Below, one piece after another: positions 34,315-46,079 of a DNA stretch of 64,000 nucleotides. The stretch lies in contig CM121341.1 in NCBI GenBank assembly GCA_051530055.1, positions 18,206,784 to 18,270,783 on the forward strand. The letters run 5' to 3'. Positions within the stretch are counted from its first letter, which is position 1; the number at the start of each line of letters is the position of its first letter. The DNA comes from Neoechinorhynchus agilis (lineage: Eukaryota > Animalia > Acanthocephala). Made by a program: the position numbers and the translations under genes. The notes below the pieces were generated by a model that was not told the origin of the DNA, ran no database searches, and saw only the letters and a list, made by a program, of their open reading frames with translations.

Positions 34315-36295
34315 ATTGTCTCAATAAACAATACGCTTGGTCGAGAATAAGGAGATTGTCTTAGATTGCCATCTCAACTAAATCCTTCTGTGTAATCGTA
34401 TGATAAGACGTGGCAGGAATATACACAATAAGAAAGATGGTGATTCTGTTAGCAGGTCATAGAAGCATGTCTTTTATCGCGATACTTGCACTATGGTAAC
34501 CTTCGTCTCGAGGTACCCCGTGGCCAAAGATAGTTGATCAAGTGTATACTCTAAATGTGGAAGATTAAAAATGAGCAAATTTTCGACCAGGTTATCGCAA
34601 TTGTTCTGCACAAAAACACTGCCGGAATGCTCCCTATATTGTTATTTAATTTGAAATGGATTTTACGGCAAGTACCCGCGGTCCCAGTAAGAGAAAATCA
34701 TTCGCAAAGCATTAGTGAAGTTTCTAGTTCGCAGTGTTGGGGATATTAAATGCTATACGCAAAATGACATTACGTTTAGTAATCTCTTTTATTTTCCATT
34801 TGTTCGAACTATTGCAAAACAGTTAGACGTCTTTGGTGGTTAGCGTGACAGAATCAATTTTATTTCGTCGCCATTAAGCTTAAACGGCGTTAAAACTCGC
34901 TTCTACTTGGTGTGTTTTCATGCGATTGGAAAGGGAGGGAAAACACGTTGAGTATCAATTGCGTCTCGTGTGGGAGTACGGATAAGTGTTTCTCTCTCTA
35001 CTGATTAGGTTTTCTTTATTGTTTGGGAGTGGAAATGTCGGGACCTAGAAAGTGTGAATTTTTCCGTCAATTTATTGTAGTCTGTTGCAGCGGGAGATTC
35101 CAATTGGTTGTATTTTTTTAATGGGTGTCCTTGTAGCCGTCTCAAGCTTTTCCAGTACGCGCGCAAGGGAGCAAAAAATGGTACCAATTGACATCAAATC
35201 AGCTGCATTTGCACGCATGCTCGCACGTTCGACGACAAGGGCGGAGGCGGCACTTACAGCAGCCGGAGTTGACATGGAAGCGGGATAGTATTTAACCCTT
35301 AAGGAATGACGATTTGTACTTGTTGTAAGCACTAACTTATCCTTCACACACACGCATCTAACCACACTCACTCATTATTTGCCGCCGTAAAAGTAAAATA
35401 GTTCATTTGTAAGTTCGAAGACAACATGACGATGCCTTTTAAGCCAAAAAGGTTCTCAAGATTTCGTTTCATCGACGATACAGGGTCTTCTTCTACCAAC
35501 AACCTGACAAGCTCAACCAGCGATGTATGCGTCTGCCATTCGTTGCGCTGTCAAATAAAGTCAACTAAGATTTGCCTATTTAAAAAGCAAAGCTGGAACC
35601 AAGTTGGAAAATAAGTTATCTGTTAAGAGTTTGAAAATTCGATTTTTGATATGTAGCGAAAAATTTATACTCCTAATTCAATTGGCTGCAACTTTTGAAG
35701 CGACTAAAGTAAAATTTTACGATTCTCATTGTATGTTTAATATAAAATTTCAATGGCCTATCAGCGCATTTCATTAGCCTTCTAAGTTAGTGCCCACACA
35801 TCAAATTAACGTAACAGGTTTTTCAAAGAGAACCTGTGTCGTTTATTGAAAAATTAATTCGTAAAACCAATCTGTGCAGTGAAATTTTAATTTAATAAAA
35901 ATATTCTAAGAACAAAAGAGACAAAAATTTGCCCAAAATTTGCTTGACTGCTAATCAAGATAAATTTCATTAAGATTTTTCAATGCTTCAACATCAAAAT
36001 TTTGTTGCGAATATTCCGCAGCAGTTTAGCACTCCTTTTGGGGGAATAAATTTAAAATATTCGAAACAATTGGTAATTGAGTACGACAGAGTATATTTAA
36101 GATTTATATTTATCGTCCTTAGTTTGTGAAGTGTAAATTTTGAATTTAGTTACGATCATTAGAATAATGCTATTGTTTCTGAAAAACATTGGATTATTCT
36201 CCCATGGAAAATTAATTCGAGAAATCTGTATCGGGTAATCTTTGGGCATTTTCCCCTGCCGGCGGTTCCAAAAGACTAATCTTGAACGGAAATGA

Positions 36296-37015
36296 ATGGC
36301 AGCAGAAGAAGATTTGATACGTTCATCACGCATAGAGCTTCAAGATAAGTTCTACAGGACAACCGTTGAGCCAAAGGCTTACTACATGATTGAACCACAT
36401 ATTTCATACGATGATGACACTGTGAATACTTTATTATCACTAAGAAGAGTGGTAGACGGAGACGAAAGAGAGAGTTCGACCATTGTACCTTCGGACGATG
36501 AGCGTCCTCAAAGTCCTGAGAGCAGCTCAGGAGTTGTTACAGATCATTCTTTTACATGGGAAACATGCGTTGGAAACCCAAGAGATTCTCGGTGTTCATG
36601 GATGACCAGTCGTGAGTCCATCGATGAAGGTAGACCTGTTGGTGCGTTTCCGAGTGAAGTGGAGGAATCTTTGAAAATGAAGAGAAGTTGTGTACGATTC
36701 CCCAGAGTAGGAAAATCTCCTACGAGACCAAAAAAGTCATTGAGGAACATTAGAATAGTAAAAGTGCCATTTGTCGAATCGAGCGAAACAAAGGATGACG
36801 AAAGCGAAGAAAGTATCGGAGATTGTGACACGGGAGGGACGATATCAAAGATTGAGATAGAAGACGTCGATCAAAATGTGCAGGCAAAGCTACCAAAGCA
36901 AAAAGTACGATTTCAAATCGATTCGGATTATGAGACCCAGTGTCAGTGGCAGAAAATCCAGAGAATTCTGGACAACAGGGAATCTGGAATATGGACCGAA
37001 GAGCGGGAAGTGTAA
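36296..37015 (+). CDS. Uncharacterised 239-aa acidic/Ser-rich protein
   Basis: Long ATG-initiated ORF in AT-rich surroundings; KQKVRF (RVxF-like) near the C-terminus; no family recognised. Confidence 0.5.
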   Translation: MAAEEDLIRSSRIELQDKFYRTTVEPKAYYMIEPHISYDDDTVNTLLSLRRVVDGDERESSTIVPSDDERPQSPESSSGVVTDHSFTWETCVGNPRDSRCSWMTSRESIDEGRPVGAFPSEVEESLKMKRSCVRFPRVGKSPTRPKKSLRNIRIVKVPFVESSETKDDESEESIGDCDTGGTISKIEIEDVDQNVQAKLPKQKVRFQIDSDYETQCQWQKIQRILDNRESGIWTEEREV

Positions 37016-37144
37016 AATAAAAACCAAATACGAGATTTTTCAAGAGACAAGGGAAATCTCATTTGTAGTGCTAGATGTACTCATAAGGAACATAATTCAA
37101 ATAATTAGATCTGCGGTTTACATTATCCCGAGCATGATATATTT

Positions 37145-37250
37145 GATTTGTTTGAAATATTTCGCGAGGTAACCTCGCCTCATCAATCATTGCTTAAGTG
37201 TTTTATTCGTAATGAGACGAGGTTACCTCGCTAAATATTTCAAACAAATC
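37145..37250. mobile_element. Small hairpin MITE (39-bp inverted arms)
   Basis: gatttgtttgaaatatttcgcgaggtaacctcgcctcat and its near reverse complement at 37212-37250; partial copy at ~54319-54361. Confidence 0.75.
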
Positions 37251-38164
37251 CAGGTCAAATTCTATTACCCCGAAGGCTTTTTCCTATCTATGATTAATTC
37301 AAATAATGCTTATTGAACCCCTAAAGATAACTTGCCTTTTTTTCAAAATGTTCGTCATAGTACGAATTTTCGGTTGATTTGTTTCGAAAATAAGTTCTTA
37401 AACCCATATTTGTGAATGAAAAACATAGTCGTATCTCGATTTAGGCTATGTCTTCAAGATCAATCATATTTATAAGCTTATTTATATTGTTAGAAAATCT
37501 TCGTGTGTCGCGTTTAGTTCGTACTCTTGTTACTTCAATCATTGTGAAGAATGACGAAACTGTCCTTTTGATATTATAACAAAAACTCAAAACTAAAACT
37601 ATTGAAACTACAGAATTTGCAACGATTCCGTTGAACATTTTCATAGTTGAATTTAAAAAAATGTAGACAAATCCTTTGAATTGCAAGTTCCATCATCACG
37701 ATTCGGTAATAATCTTATCAGAATTCCAGGATATTAAATATCAAGAACATAGAAAATCTGAAACCGGAAACGAAATACACGAGTAAAGAATTTCCAAGTT
37801 GATAGACTTGATTAATCCTTGACTATTTTCTTAATTTGTTGAAGCCAAAAGCTGATATGGATATGGACATGAAGGTAGTAGAAAACTGCAACCAAAATAC
37901 AACATAAATATGGATGGCTAAAGAATTTTCAAGTTGAAAGATGAATATGAAAAATGCGAGTTGAATCAATCACCACCATCAATATCGCAATCATTGAATC
38001 TAAACAAAAATTCGACACAGGGAACTCACAATCGCTTTCCTCTATATATTCGGACCGGAAATGAACTCATCACGACTCTTCTACCCGGCGACCGTCGTCA
38101 TTCTGACGTCTTCCAACCAAAGCGACAAAAGTATCGTTACACTTTCGACATAGCGTCTAGGCGT

Positions 38165-38203
38165 GTTCTAGCGAGTCTCTAGAACCACAGTATTCCTATA
38201 TAA
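38165..38203 (+). promoter_or_regulatory. Imperfect heat-shock element and TATA box of the sHSP gene
   Basis: gTTCtaGCGagtCTCtaGAAc at 38165-38185; TATATAA at 38197-38203; ATG at 38240. Confidence 0.5.
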
Positions 38204-38239
38204 GGTTTCGTGTTCGACACCAGCAGACCTCTGCGCGAA

Positions 38240-39076
38240 ATGCCTTACTTTCTACCAGTATCTCGCTTTGGACGAACGTTCTTCGATTTTGACAACCTTT
38301 ATGGAACTGGTCTCGATATGTTCGATCCATTCGATGACCATGATCTCTCACTTTTCCCATCGGTGCTTCCTACTCTCTATTGGCTCAATGAACCTCCAGC
38401 CGTCCTCGACGCTCGTGGACGCCGTCGTCCAAGACCAGAAAAGTTCAGAATCACTCTTAATGTCCAGGGATTTGATAAAGATGATCTGAAGACGGAAATC
38501 AAAGATAACAAACTCGTGGTACACGCGAAACGACATCAGCAATCAGAAAGGACTGGCGATTTCGATACTCGTGAGTTCCAGAAATCGTTCGATTTGCCCA
38601 AAAATGTCGTCAATGAACAGCTAACGAGTTTTGTAACGGCGGGTGGCGTTCTTGTTGTTGAAATTCCACTTAAGGTTGAAGAGCGTGAAGCCAGTGGTGA
38701 TGCGTCTGCCATCTCCCATCGAGCGCCTTCAATATTTGATTTTGATGAGTTTTTTAAGAGCAACTTCAGCCCGCAAGTCATAGAAGTTCATCCCGGTAAA
38801 AAGAAGATCGAAATGAATGTCGATGTGAGTGCATTTAAACCAGACAATGTGCACATTTCGTTAAAGGACAATGAACTTATTGTGAAAGCTGAACAAATGC
38901 AAAAAAATCAAAGCGAAAAGGAAGTTTCTAGAACCTTCTATTACAAACAAGTCACATTGCCGCCTGGAACGGACACTAAAAACCTCAAAACTCAATTCGA
39001 TAATGGAAAAGTTTACATTGAAGCTCCGTTTAACGAAGAACCAGTCATGATGATAAAAGATAAAAATGGAGAATAG
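38240..39076 (+). CDS. Small heat shock protein with two alpha-crystallin domains (p40/Tsp36-like), intronless
   Basis: Domain 1: FRITLNVQGFDKDDLK...REFQKSFDLP...GVLVVEIP. Domain 2: MNVDVSAFKPDNV...RTFYYKQVTLPPG...GKVYIEAP. Confidence 0.92.
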   Translation: MPYFLPVSRFGRTFFDFDNLYGTGLDMFDPFDDHDLSLFPSVLPTLYWLNEPPAVLDARGRRRPRPEKFRITLNVQGFDKDDLKTEIKDNKLVVHAKRHQQSERTGDFDTREFQKSFDLPKNVVNEQLTSFVTAGGVLVVEIPLKVEEREASGDASAISHRAPSIFDFDEFFKSNFSPQVIEVHPGKKKIEMNVDVSAFKPDNVHISLKDNELIVKAEQMQKNQSEKEVSRTFYYKQVTLPPGTDTKNLKTQFDNGKVYIEAPFNEEPVMMIKDKNGE

Positions 39077-39925
39077 AAAGCTGAGCAGAGAAAAACCAAT
39101 TTGATCTTCTTTTTTTCTAAGTGTTGTGAAAATCTCTTTCGCGACAGATAATTTCATCGAATGGGCACGCAGCACACCGATCTGGTTCAGTGTTTAAGTG
39201 ATTTCATGCGCTTTCCTGGCCCAAATCTGTGGGCTGTGTGCCCAAGCGATAAAATTATCAGCCGTGTAAGGGGTGTTTACTTAAACACTTTGGCTAGCCA
39301 GACATAGGACAAAATGTAGCTTATTTGATCATTTGATTTTATCACTACATCATTAGAGGTAGCAAATAAACAAAATAAGCAAAAAATCAATTGCATCGGT
39401 TTTTTGGGAAGGTTTTTAAATACCGATGAGAAGTTCAGAAAGAGAAAATCATCTACGAAGTAAGCATCAAAAGAAAAACGGGCAACGCATAATACAAGCA
39501 ATTGTAATTAAAGAAAGAATTGTAATCTTTCCGTCCTCGCGTAGTGTATTGAACCAAGCAAACTCCACAAATGGAAATTTTCAGCCATTTTTATGGCGTG
39601 TTCGATAATACGTTTCGTGGTTTGATTCCATTGCAGTATTTTAATTATTAAATTTGGTGGTTGTGTCCTTGACTGAAATAAGCAAGAATTTTAGGTATCG
39701 CAAATATCTTAGAATTAATTCAAAATTTATTATAGATCATTTAATAGCTAATCTATTTACTATTCTTCTGATGTTAAAGAATAATATTTCCATTGGCATT
39801 GTCTCTATAATCCTAAGATGGATACAATACATAATGTATATTTTGATTGGTGGATTCGTCCGGGGCTTAATATTCGAAACATTGCAGCGATTCGATCTAT
39901 TCGCTAAAGCCGAAATTAAATTTGA

Positions 39926-40660
39926 CTATAAATTGCAGGCGATAAGACACAGAAGGACAAGTTGACTGATTATTAGCTTGCATAAAGATTTTTTTCCTTT
40001 ACCAAAGGACCACCGGGGTCTCCGTTTTTTGTTTCGATTTTCTGCTTTGTGAATTCGCAGAATCACTTCTGATTCGAGATATTCATCGACACTCTCCTTA
40101 CTAGACCCACAAATTAGCGCGTTCATGTAAATTTCTGCACGGTAATCGCAATCCATTGATGTATGCGACGAAGTAATTTTCGAAGTCTCTTTTATTGCAG
40201 CCTGGTTTGTAACCGTCAATTCTTCACTTGCTATTCGCTGTTTTTCCCTAATTGTCTGTCCTTTAGGAATCATAGTCTTTGGATATATAGTTGAAGATGG
40301 TCGATTCCCATTATCAGTTGAACTTTTAGGAATCATTTTTGTCTTATATTTTGGCCGTTCCATTGGCAATCGATTTTGTTTCTCCATTTGCATGTGCGTA
40401 TATATGATCAAACAGTCGAGCTCGGTCATCTCAGGGTTCTTTGGTCGCGGCAAAAGGCTTTCTTGAAGATCATTTATCTCTTTATGCCAAGCTGATGTCA
40501 ATGCAAGAGGATTCAATTCGTCCTGATCTAGTAATTCGAGACACTTTAGAGTCAGTTCAGTAGATTTGTAAGCGTATAATGCTTCTGTGTCCATGGTGTT
40601 TAGTATGGTTAAGAAATCGTAACGCGATGATCGATGAGCAAATGGTTTTAAGATGAACAA
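39926..40660 (-). CDS. Uncharacterised protein, left copy (244-aa ORF; MDTEAL may be the real start)
   Basis: Open in both copies with only a few amino-acid differences; no family recognised. Confidence 0.55.
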   Translation of the reverse strand: MFILKPFAHRSSRYDFLTILNTMDTEALYAYKSTELTLKCLELLDQDELNPLALTSAWHKEINDLQESLLPRPKNPEMTELDCLIIYTHMQMEKQNRLPMERPKYKTKMIPKSSTDNGNRPSSTIYPKTMIPKGQTIREKQRIASEELTVTNQAAIKETSKITSSHTSMDCDYRAEIYMNALICGSSKESVDEYLESEVILRIHKAENRNKKRRPRWSFGKGKKSLCKLIISQLVLLCLIACNL

Positions 40661-41007
40661 CGGATCTCCATTCTATCCTTAGCGAAGGATGGTCGTAAAT
40701 TGTTTGTCTTATTTGCAGCCGTAAATACACAAATAAGGTTCTGTTCTTGACTTTGATCAACATTTACTCTGGGCACTTCTATATTAGTATATCGGCGAAA
40801 GATATTTTTATTTCTATTTTTAGAGTTTCCCGGAACAAGTGGAACTCGAAATGACAATGCCATCTAAAAAGTTCCTAAATAATCATATTTCTTGGACAAT
40901 CTCTTTTTGTATTAATGGCGATTCCGCATGCAATTAACGCACACAAGCGAAAAAACAGACAGTTTTTGAAAACAGAAGATCACAATTCCTTCAATTATTT
41001 GGAAATG

Positions 41008-41190
41008 TTATACTTTGAACACTTCGTATAGAGCGAATATAACTCCAGGTAAGTATAGAATCATAGTGAGTATAATGCTAATCATCACTTCCAAGTTGCA
41101 TTTGTCCTCGCGGATATAGACAGCGAATGGGGGGAAAACAATCGCTAAGAGGATATGGGTACAAAGCGGGAAATTGGGATTGTAATGCAT
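41008..41190 (-). CDS. Pmp3/Esi3-family small membrane protein
   Basis: ILLAIVFPPFAVY...ISIILTMILYLPGVIFALY matches the Pmp3 pattern AIxxPPxxV...LTxxxYxPGxIxA. Confidence 0.85.
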   Translation of the reverse strand: MHYNPNFPLCTHILLAIVFPPFAVYIREDKCNLEVMISIILTMILYLPGVIFALYEVFKV

Positions 41191-41988
41191 TTAAAATTTT
41201 GAGAACAAACTCCGAAAGCTACGGTGTAACGAACGTACGCATGGTAGTGACTCACTAAGGTGGTCGCAAATTAGAAATTTTGCCTACTTAGACTCATTTT
41301 TGAATTGCAAAAACAACGTTGGTCATTTTGCTCGATATATGATGGTTCCCATTCTTAAAGTTGAAATAAAAACTATGAACTGTTCATCGCATTTCATCGA
41401 TATGTGGACTCGCTTGTGTGCGTTAATTGCATGCTCAACCACGATTAATACAAAAAGAGATTTTTCAAGAAATATGGTTATTTAGACACTCTTTAAATAG
41501 CATCGTCATTTCGAGTTCCACTTGTTCCGGGACACAATATTCACTAGTTTAACTACGATGCCGACGATGAGTTTCTGACCGATACGAGAGTGCGTTTGTA
41601 ATCTTCAGAAATAAACGTTATACTCGAAGCATTCAGGATTTCCTTCGAATTTTGATAAAAAGTACAAGTATCATATTGTTAATCCGCATTCATTTTCGAA
41701 TATAGTGTTTAATTAATAAATCAGTTTGGCCAACATCCAAGCAAGCCAAATAGCAGTAGTTTTCACCAAATCAAAAAATTATGTCTCAGCGAAAAATCAA
41801 TCGCTAAAAAATTTACTGAGCGCTGTCCAATACTTTTGGTACGTCTTACATGTCTAAAATAGAAATAAAAATATATTTCGCTAATATACTAATATAGAAG
41901 TACCCAGAACCTTATTTGTGTATTTACGGCTGCAAATAAGACAAACAATTTACGACCATTCTTTCTTTAAGGATGGAAAGGAGATCCG

Positions 41989-42723
41989 TTGTTCATCTTA
42001 AAACCATTTGCTCATCGATCATCGCGTTACAATTTCTTAACCATACTAAACACCATGGACACAGAAGCATTATACGCTTACAAATCTACTGAACTGACTC
42101 TAAAGTGTCTCGAATTACTAGATCAGGACGAATTGAATCCTCTTGCATTGACATCAGCTTGGCATAAAGAGATAAATGATCTTCAAGAAAGCCTTTTGCC
42201 GCGACCAAAGAACCCTGAGATGACCGAGCTCGACTGTTTGATCATATATACGCACATGCAAATAGAGAAACAAAATCGATTGCCAATGGAACGGCCAAAA
42301 TATAAGACAAAAATGATTCCTAAAAGTTCAACTGATAATGGGAATCGACCATCTTCAACTATATATCCAAAGACTATGATGCCTAAAGGACAGACAATTA
42401 GGGAAAAACAGCGAATAGCAAGTGAAGAATTGACGGTTACAAACCAGGCTGCAATAAAAGAGACTTCGAAAATTACTTCGTCGCATACATCAATGGATTG
42501 CGATTACCGTGCAGAAATTTACATGAACGCGCTAATTTGTGGGTCTAGTAAGGAGAGTGTCGATGAATATCTCGAATCAGAAGTGATTCTGCGAATTCAC
42601 AAAGCAGAAAATCGAAACAAAAAACGGAGACCCCGGTGGTCCTTTGGTAAAGGAAAAAAATCTTTATGCAAGCTAATAATCAGTCAACTTGTCCTTCTGT
42701 GTCTTATCGCCTGCAATTTATAG
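41989..42723 (+). CDS. Uncharacterised protein, right copy
   Basis: Near-identical to the protein at 39926-40660. Confidence 0.55.
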   Translation: MFILKPFAHRSSRYNFLTILNTMDTEALYAYKSTELTLKCLELLDQDELNPLALTSAWHKEINDLQESLLPRPKNPEMTELDCLIIYTHMQIEKQNRLPMERPKYKTKMIPKSSTDNGNRPSSTIYPKTMMPKGQTIREKQRIASEELTVTNQAAIKETSKITSSHTSMDCDYRAEIYMNALICGSSKESVDEYLESEVILRIHKAENRNKKRRPRWSFGKGKKSLCKLIISQLVLLCLIACNL

Positions 42724-44289
42724 TCAAATTTAATTTCGGCTTTAGCGAATAGATCGAATCGCTGCAATGTTTCGAATATTAAGCCCCGGACGAATCCACC
42801 AATCAAAATATACATTATGTATTGTATCCATCTTAGGATTATAGAGACAATGCCCAATGCAATTGTTTAAATGTAGCCATAGCTACGTTTAGCTGTCTGT
42901 AGTACATAATTAAAAGAATATATATATTTGTTTTATTCTCAAAACAGAAATTCCAATACCGCACTGAAAGTTTGATCAAACGCTTCAACAACGGCGTAAA
43001 CTCAGTTCTGATTGAACTACAAAGCATAAAGCGACATTAAAATCATTACCGTAATTCATTTCTATTTGTTTTGGATTGAACACGAGTTGCAGTTATTTAT
43101 TAGGCGATGTTTCAATTGTTTTCTGAAAAAAACAAAGAGCATTTTAAAGAAATTCTATTATGTGAATCGGAACCTTTAATCTCCTCTTCATATTACTCGC
43201 CTCAATTCAGAATTATTAAATTTTAATAACAAATCAGTTAGTTTTTCTTTTAACAAACAGGAAGCATATGATCTTCATGAAGTGCAAAAAAGCAATTAAA
43301 CGAGGAACCATTGAAAGAATTTAATCAAATCGCATAAAACATGGCTGAAAAGGATTTAAGGAAAATAATAGTAAATACTCGCTCTTCTTTTTTCTTAGTT
43401 CTTTGAGCGAGGGATGTAAGGAGTGCTCTCTGGGGAGCGTTGAGATTGGCTTTTAACCTAAGCACTTCACTCTTCCCAATTAAAAATAAAGCAAACACAG
43501 GGACACGGAAGGACCCGTAACCAATTTACTTTATAGTATGTACGCCTGTAATAAATTAAAAAAAATAGGTGATTAAGGAAAAAATTTCCAGCGCCTTTCG
43601 ATATAATGGTTCTATATGAAGAGACAATGAGCACTGAAATAAAAAATCCAAGGAGCTGGAGCCACAAAATCCGATTTTGAAAGTTCTTAGCAGAAATGAC
43701 ATGTAGTCCAAGTCAGAAGTCATAACAGATTTACAATAGGATTTAATAAAACAAATAGATAAAATATGGTAGGATGAAACGTGCCAAATTAGGCTTTACC
43801 TAGTTCAATATCGGGTAGAAATGATCAAGTATGTCAAGAACGACAAAATCAGATACCTTCACGATTTCCATGAATTGGGATTGTCTATATCCAAAGTCCT
43901 TTTAAGTTGGAAAATGGAGCGCGATGACTTACAAGAAGTAAAAAGATGCTAGCGGAAATCACTCAAAAAAGCAAGGAATAAATCGGTGATCTTCAAAGTT
44001 CTATAAGTAATCTAAATGATCAAGCGGATGAAATGCAGGTAATACTAAATGATAAAGGATTCTCAAATTAATACTTTGAAAGCAAGGAAGGAGAAATACG
44101 AGAAGTCTAGAGGGGATGTGTAATACAGCAATCATTCAGAACGATAAGCTACGTTGTGAGATGAAGCGCAAATCGTCGGTTGTCGAGGTAGCGGTGGTGT
44201 GCACAATGAACAGAGCATTATGCGGACTGAACTGGATTTAGGAGTTAAGTATTATCCCAGAGCAATTAAGGACTATCGGGCATCGAGTG

Positions 44290-45780
44290 AATGAAGTAGT
44301 TGCGATCGATACAAACATTATATCTATAGCAGATGACCAAAAATTGATGACAAGCAAAGAACCTCGTCAAGAGTTGATGACGGACATGAATACGATCATA
44401 TCGTTAAAAGAAGATCACAGTGCTAAATTAAAACCGTCGTTAGAATATCCGAAGCTTTTCGGAGAATTTTTTTAGGATAGCCAATGGATTTGAAGTGAAA
44501 TTACTGGTCCAAAAGGATGAGAGTATTAAGTCGTCTAGAAGCAGCGGGCTGACGCTAAAAATAGAAAAATGCAAATTTATGGGGGAAAGCACAAAAATAT
44601 TGGGAATTTATCGGCGAGCCGCAACGACCCTCATAACACATATGTGCCGACTGTTTTGCAAATTCGGTTTGCCTAAGAAGGTGGTCATGGATAATAGTCC
44701 AAATTTTCGATCCGAAACGTTTGCACAGTTCCTAGTAAACAGTGGGATAAAGCCCAGCCCAGTGGCCGTGCGGTATGCGCGTTCACAATGCGCTTGTTAT
44801 GTCGAAGGTTCAACGCCACCGGCCGCTGAGTTCCACGGGTGTGCAAGGCTGCTTGAAGGGGTGGGGTCAGGTTTTGAGATCGCCCATCGGCCCCAAAAAG
44901 AGGGTTGGCCCTGCTCCTTCGAGTACGGCTTAGCGCCTCCGTTGTGTGAAAGTGAACGATAAAGTCAAGCCGAAAAGAACATAAACCAAGTGTGTATCGA
45001 GACAAACTAGTAAGCTCCGTCCATAAATAAAATAAATAAATGCTACCCCATCCCACCCCCGCACTAATGGACAAGAGGAACGTTTTGTGCGAACAGTGAA
45101 GGAGAGGGTGTTTAGATGTATTCCGCGATTCCAGTATGAAAAACAACTACAGAGTTTCTTGTTAAGTTATAGGAACTGTCCGAATACGACATGGTGATTG
45201 AAAAGAAGGAGAACTGCAAGGAAAGACATGACGAATGTTCGAAATGGAGGGGAGTTCAAGAACAATGATCAGGTATGGTTTAAGACGCAGCACGACAGAC
45301 GACGTGAATCAAGTATGGTGGAGAAACGAACTGGCCCGATCTCTTATGAAGTCAAGACCGAAGGAAGCTTAGAACGAAAGCATGCTGATAATATGAGACC
45401 AGCAGCAGCCACATCAGAGGCAGTGGGATCGTCGGGCATAGAACATACGAACAATCAGTCAACCAGTGAAACGGAAGGGAGACCTAGTACAACAAACCCA
45501 CTTAGTAGAGCACGAGGATAGTACGCCCACCTGAATGGCTAGAGGATTATAACACGACCTGTTCAGGTAAGGAAGGAGAAATGTTATTGAGTGATCGATC
45601 GTGACGCTCAAGGCACGATCGATCGATAACGGGCGAACAGTTGTGTGTCGTTTTAGATCTACAATTCTTCCGTGTCTACTCTCATAGTTTACGCTCGCTG
45701 CTTTACATGAGGTGTGCGGGAACGCGAGCCAATAAAGCTACGTCTGTTATAGAGAGTTGATGGTTAGTCAAGTTATAACA
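44290..45780 (+). mobile_element. Decayed Ty3/Gypsy remnant with 3' LTR (45583-45780)
   Basis: GLTLKIEKCKF (RT end); FGLPKKVVMDNSPNF and HPRTNGQEERFVRTVK (integrase); PPT aaggaaggagaaa, then an LTR bounded by TGTTAT...ATAACA. Confidence 0.8.
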
Positions 45781-46079
45781 ATAGTGGAAAAAAGAAAAGT
45801 GATTTGCTGATATTTCGTTCTGTCTTAAACGAGATTGCCAGTGCTTTTAAAAGAAAACGTAGCAAGCTGACTTCGATCGATGTTCAACGAATACCCAGAG
45901 TATTGATGATGAATCTGAATATCATATTAAAAGGCGCAAAGCATGAAATTACGAGGGTTGTTTCAATTTTTTTTGGTTTCGGCCACATGCCGCCGCCGGA
46001 GACGGATGCAATTTTTTCTATTGTTCTTTAATCCTTTCACAGCTACTACAATTTTTTAACACTCTGAATGCAGATGGAG

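Larger units (their letters stand above)
39791..42859. repeat. Large inverted duplication: ~1-kb arms (39791-40823 and 41854-42859) with a ~1-kb spacer
   Basis: The arms are near-identical reverse complements; the right arm has a ~28-nt deletion near 41907. Confidence 0.92.

Noticed and set aside
35072-35371. Overlapping GC-richer ORFs on both strands
   Set aside because: No recognisable domain, and trial splicing hit stop codons.
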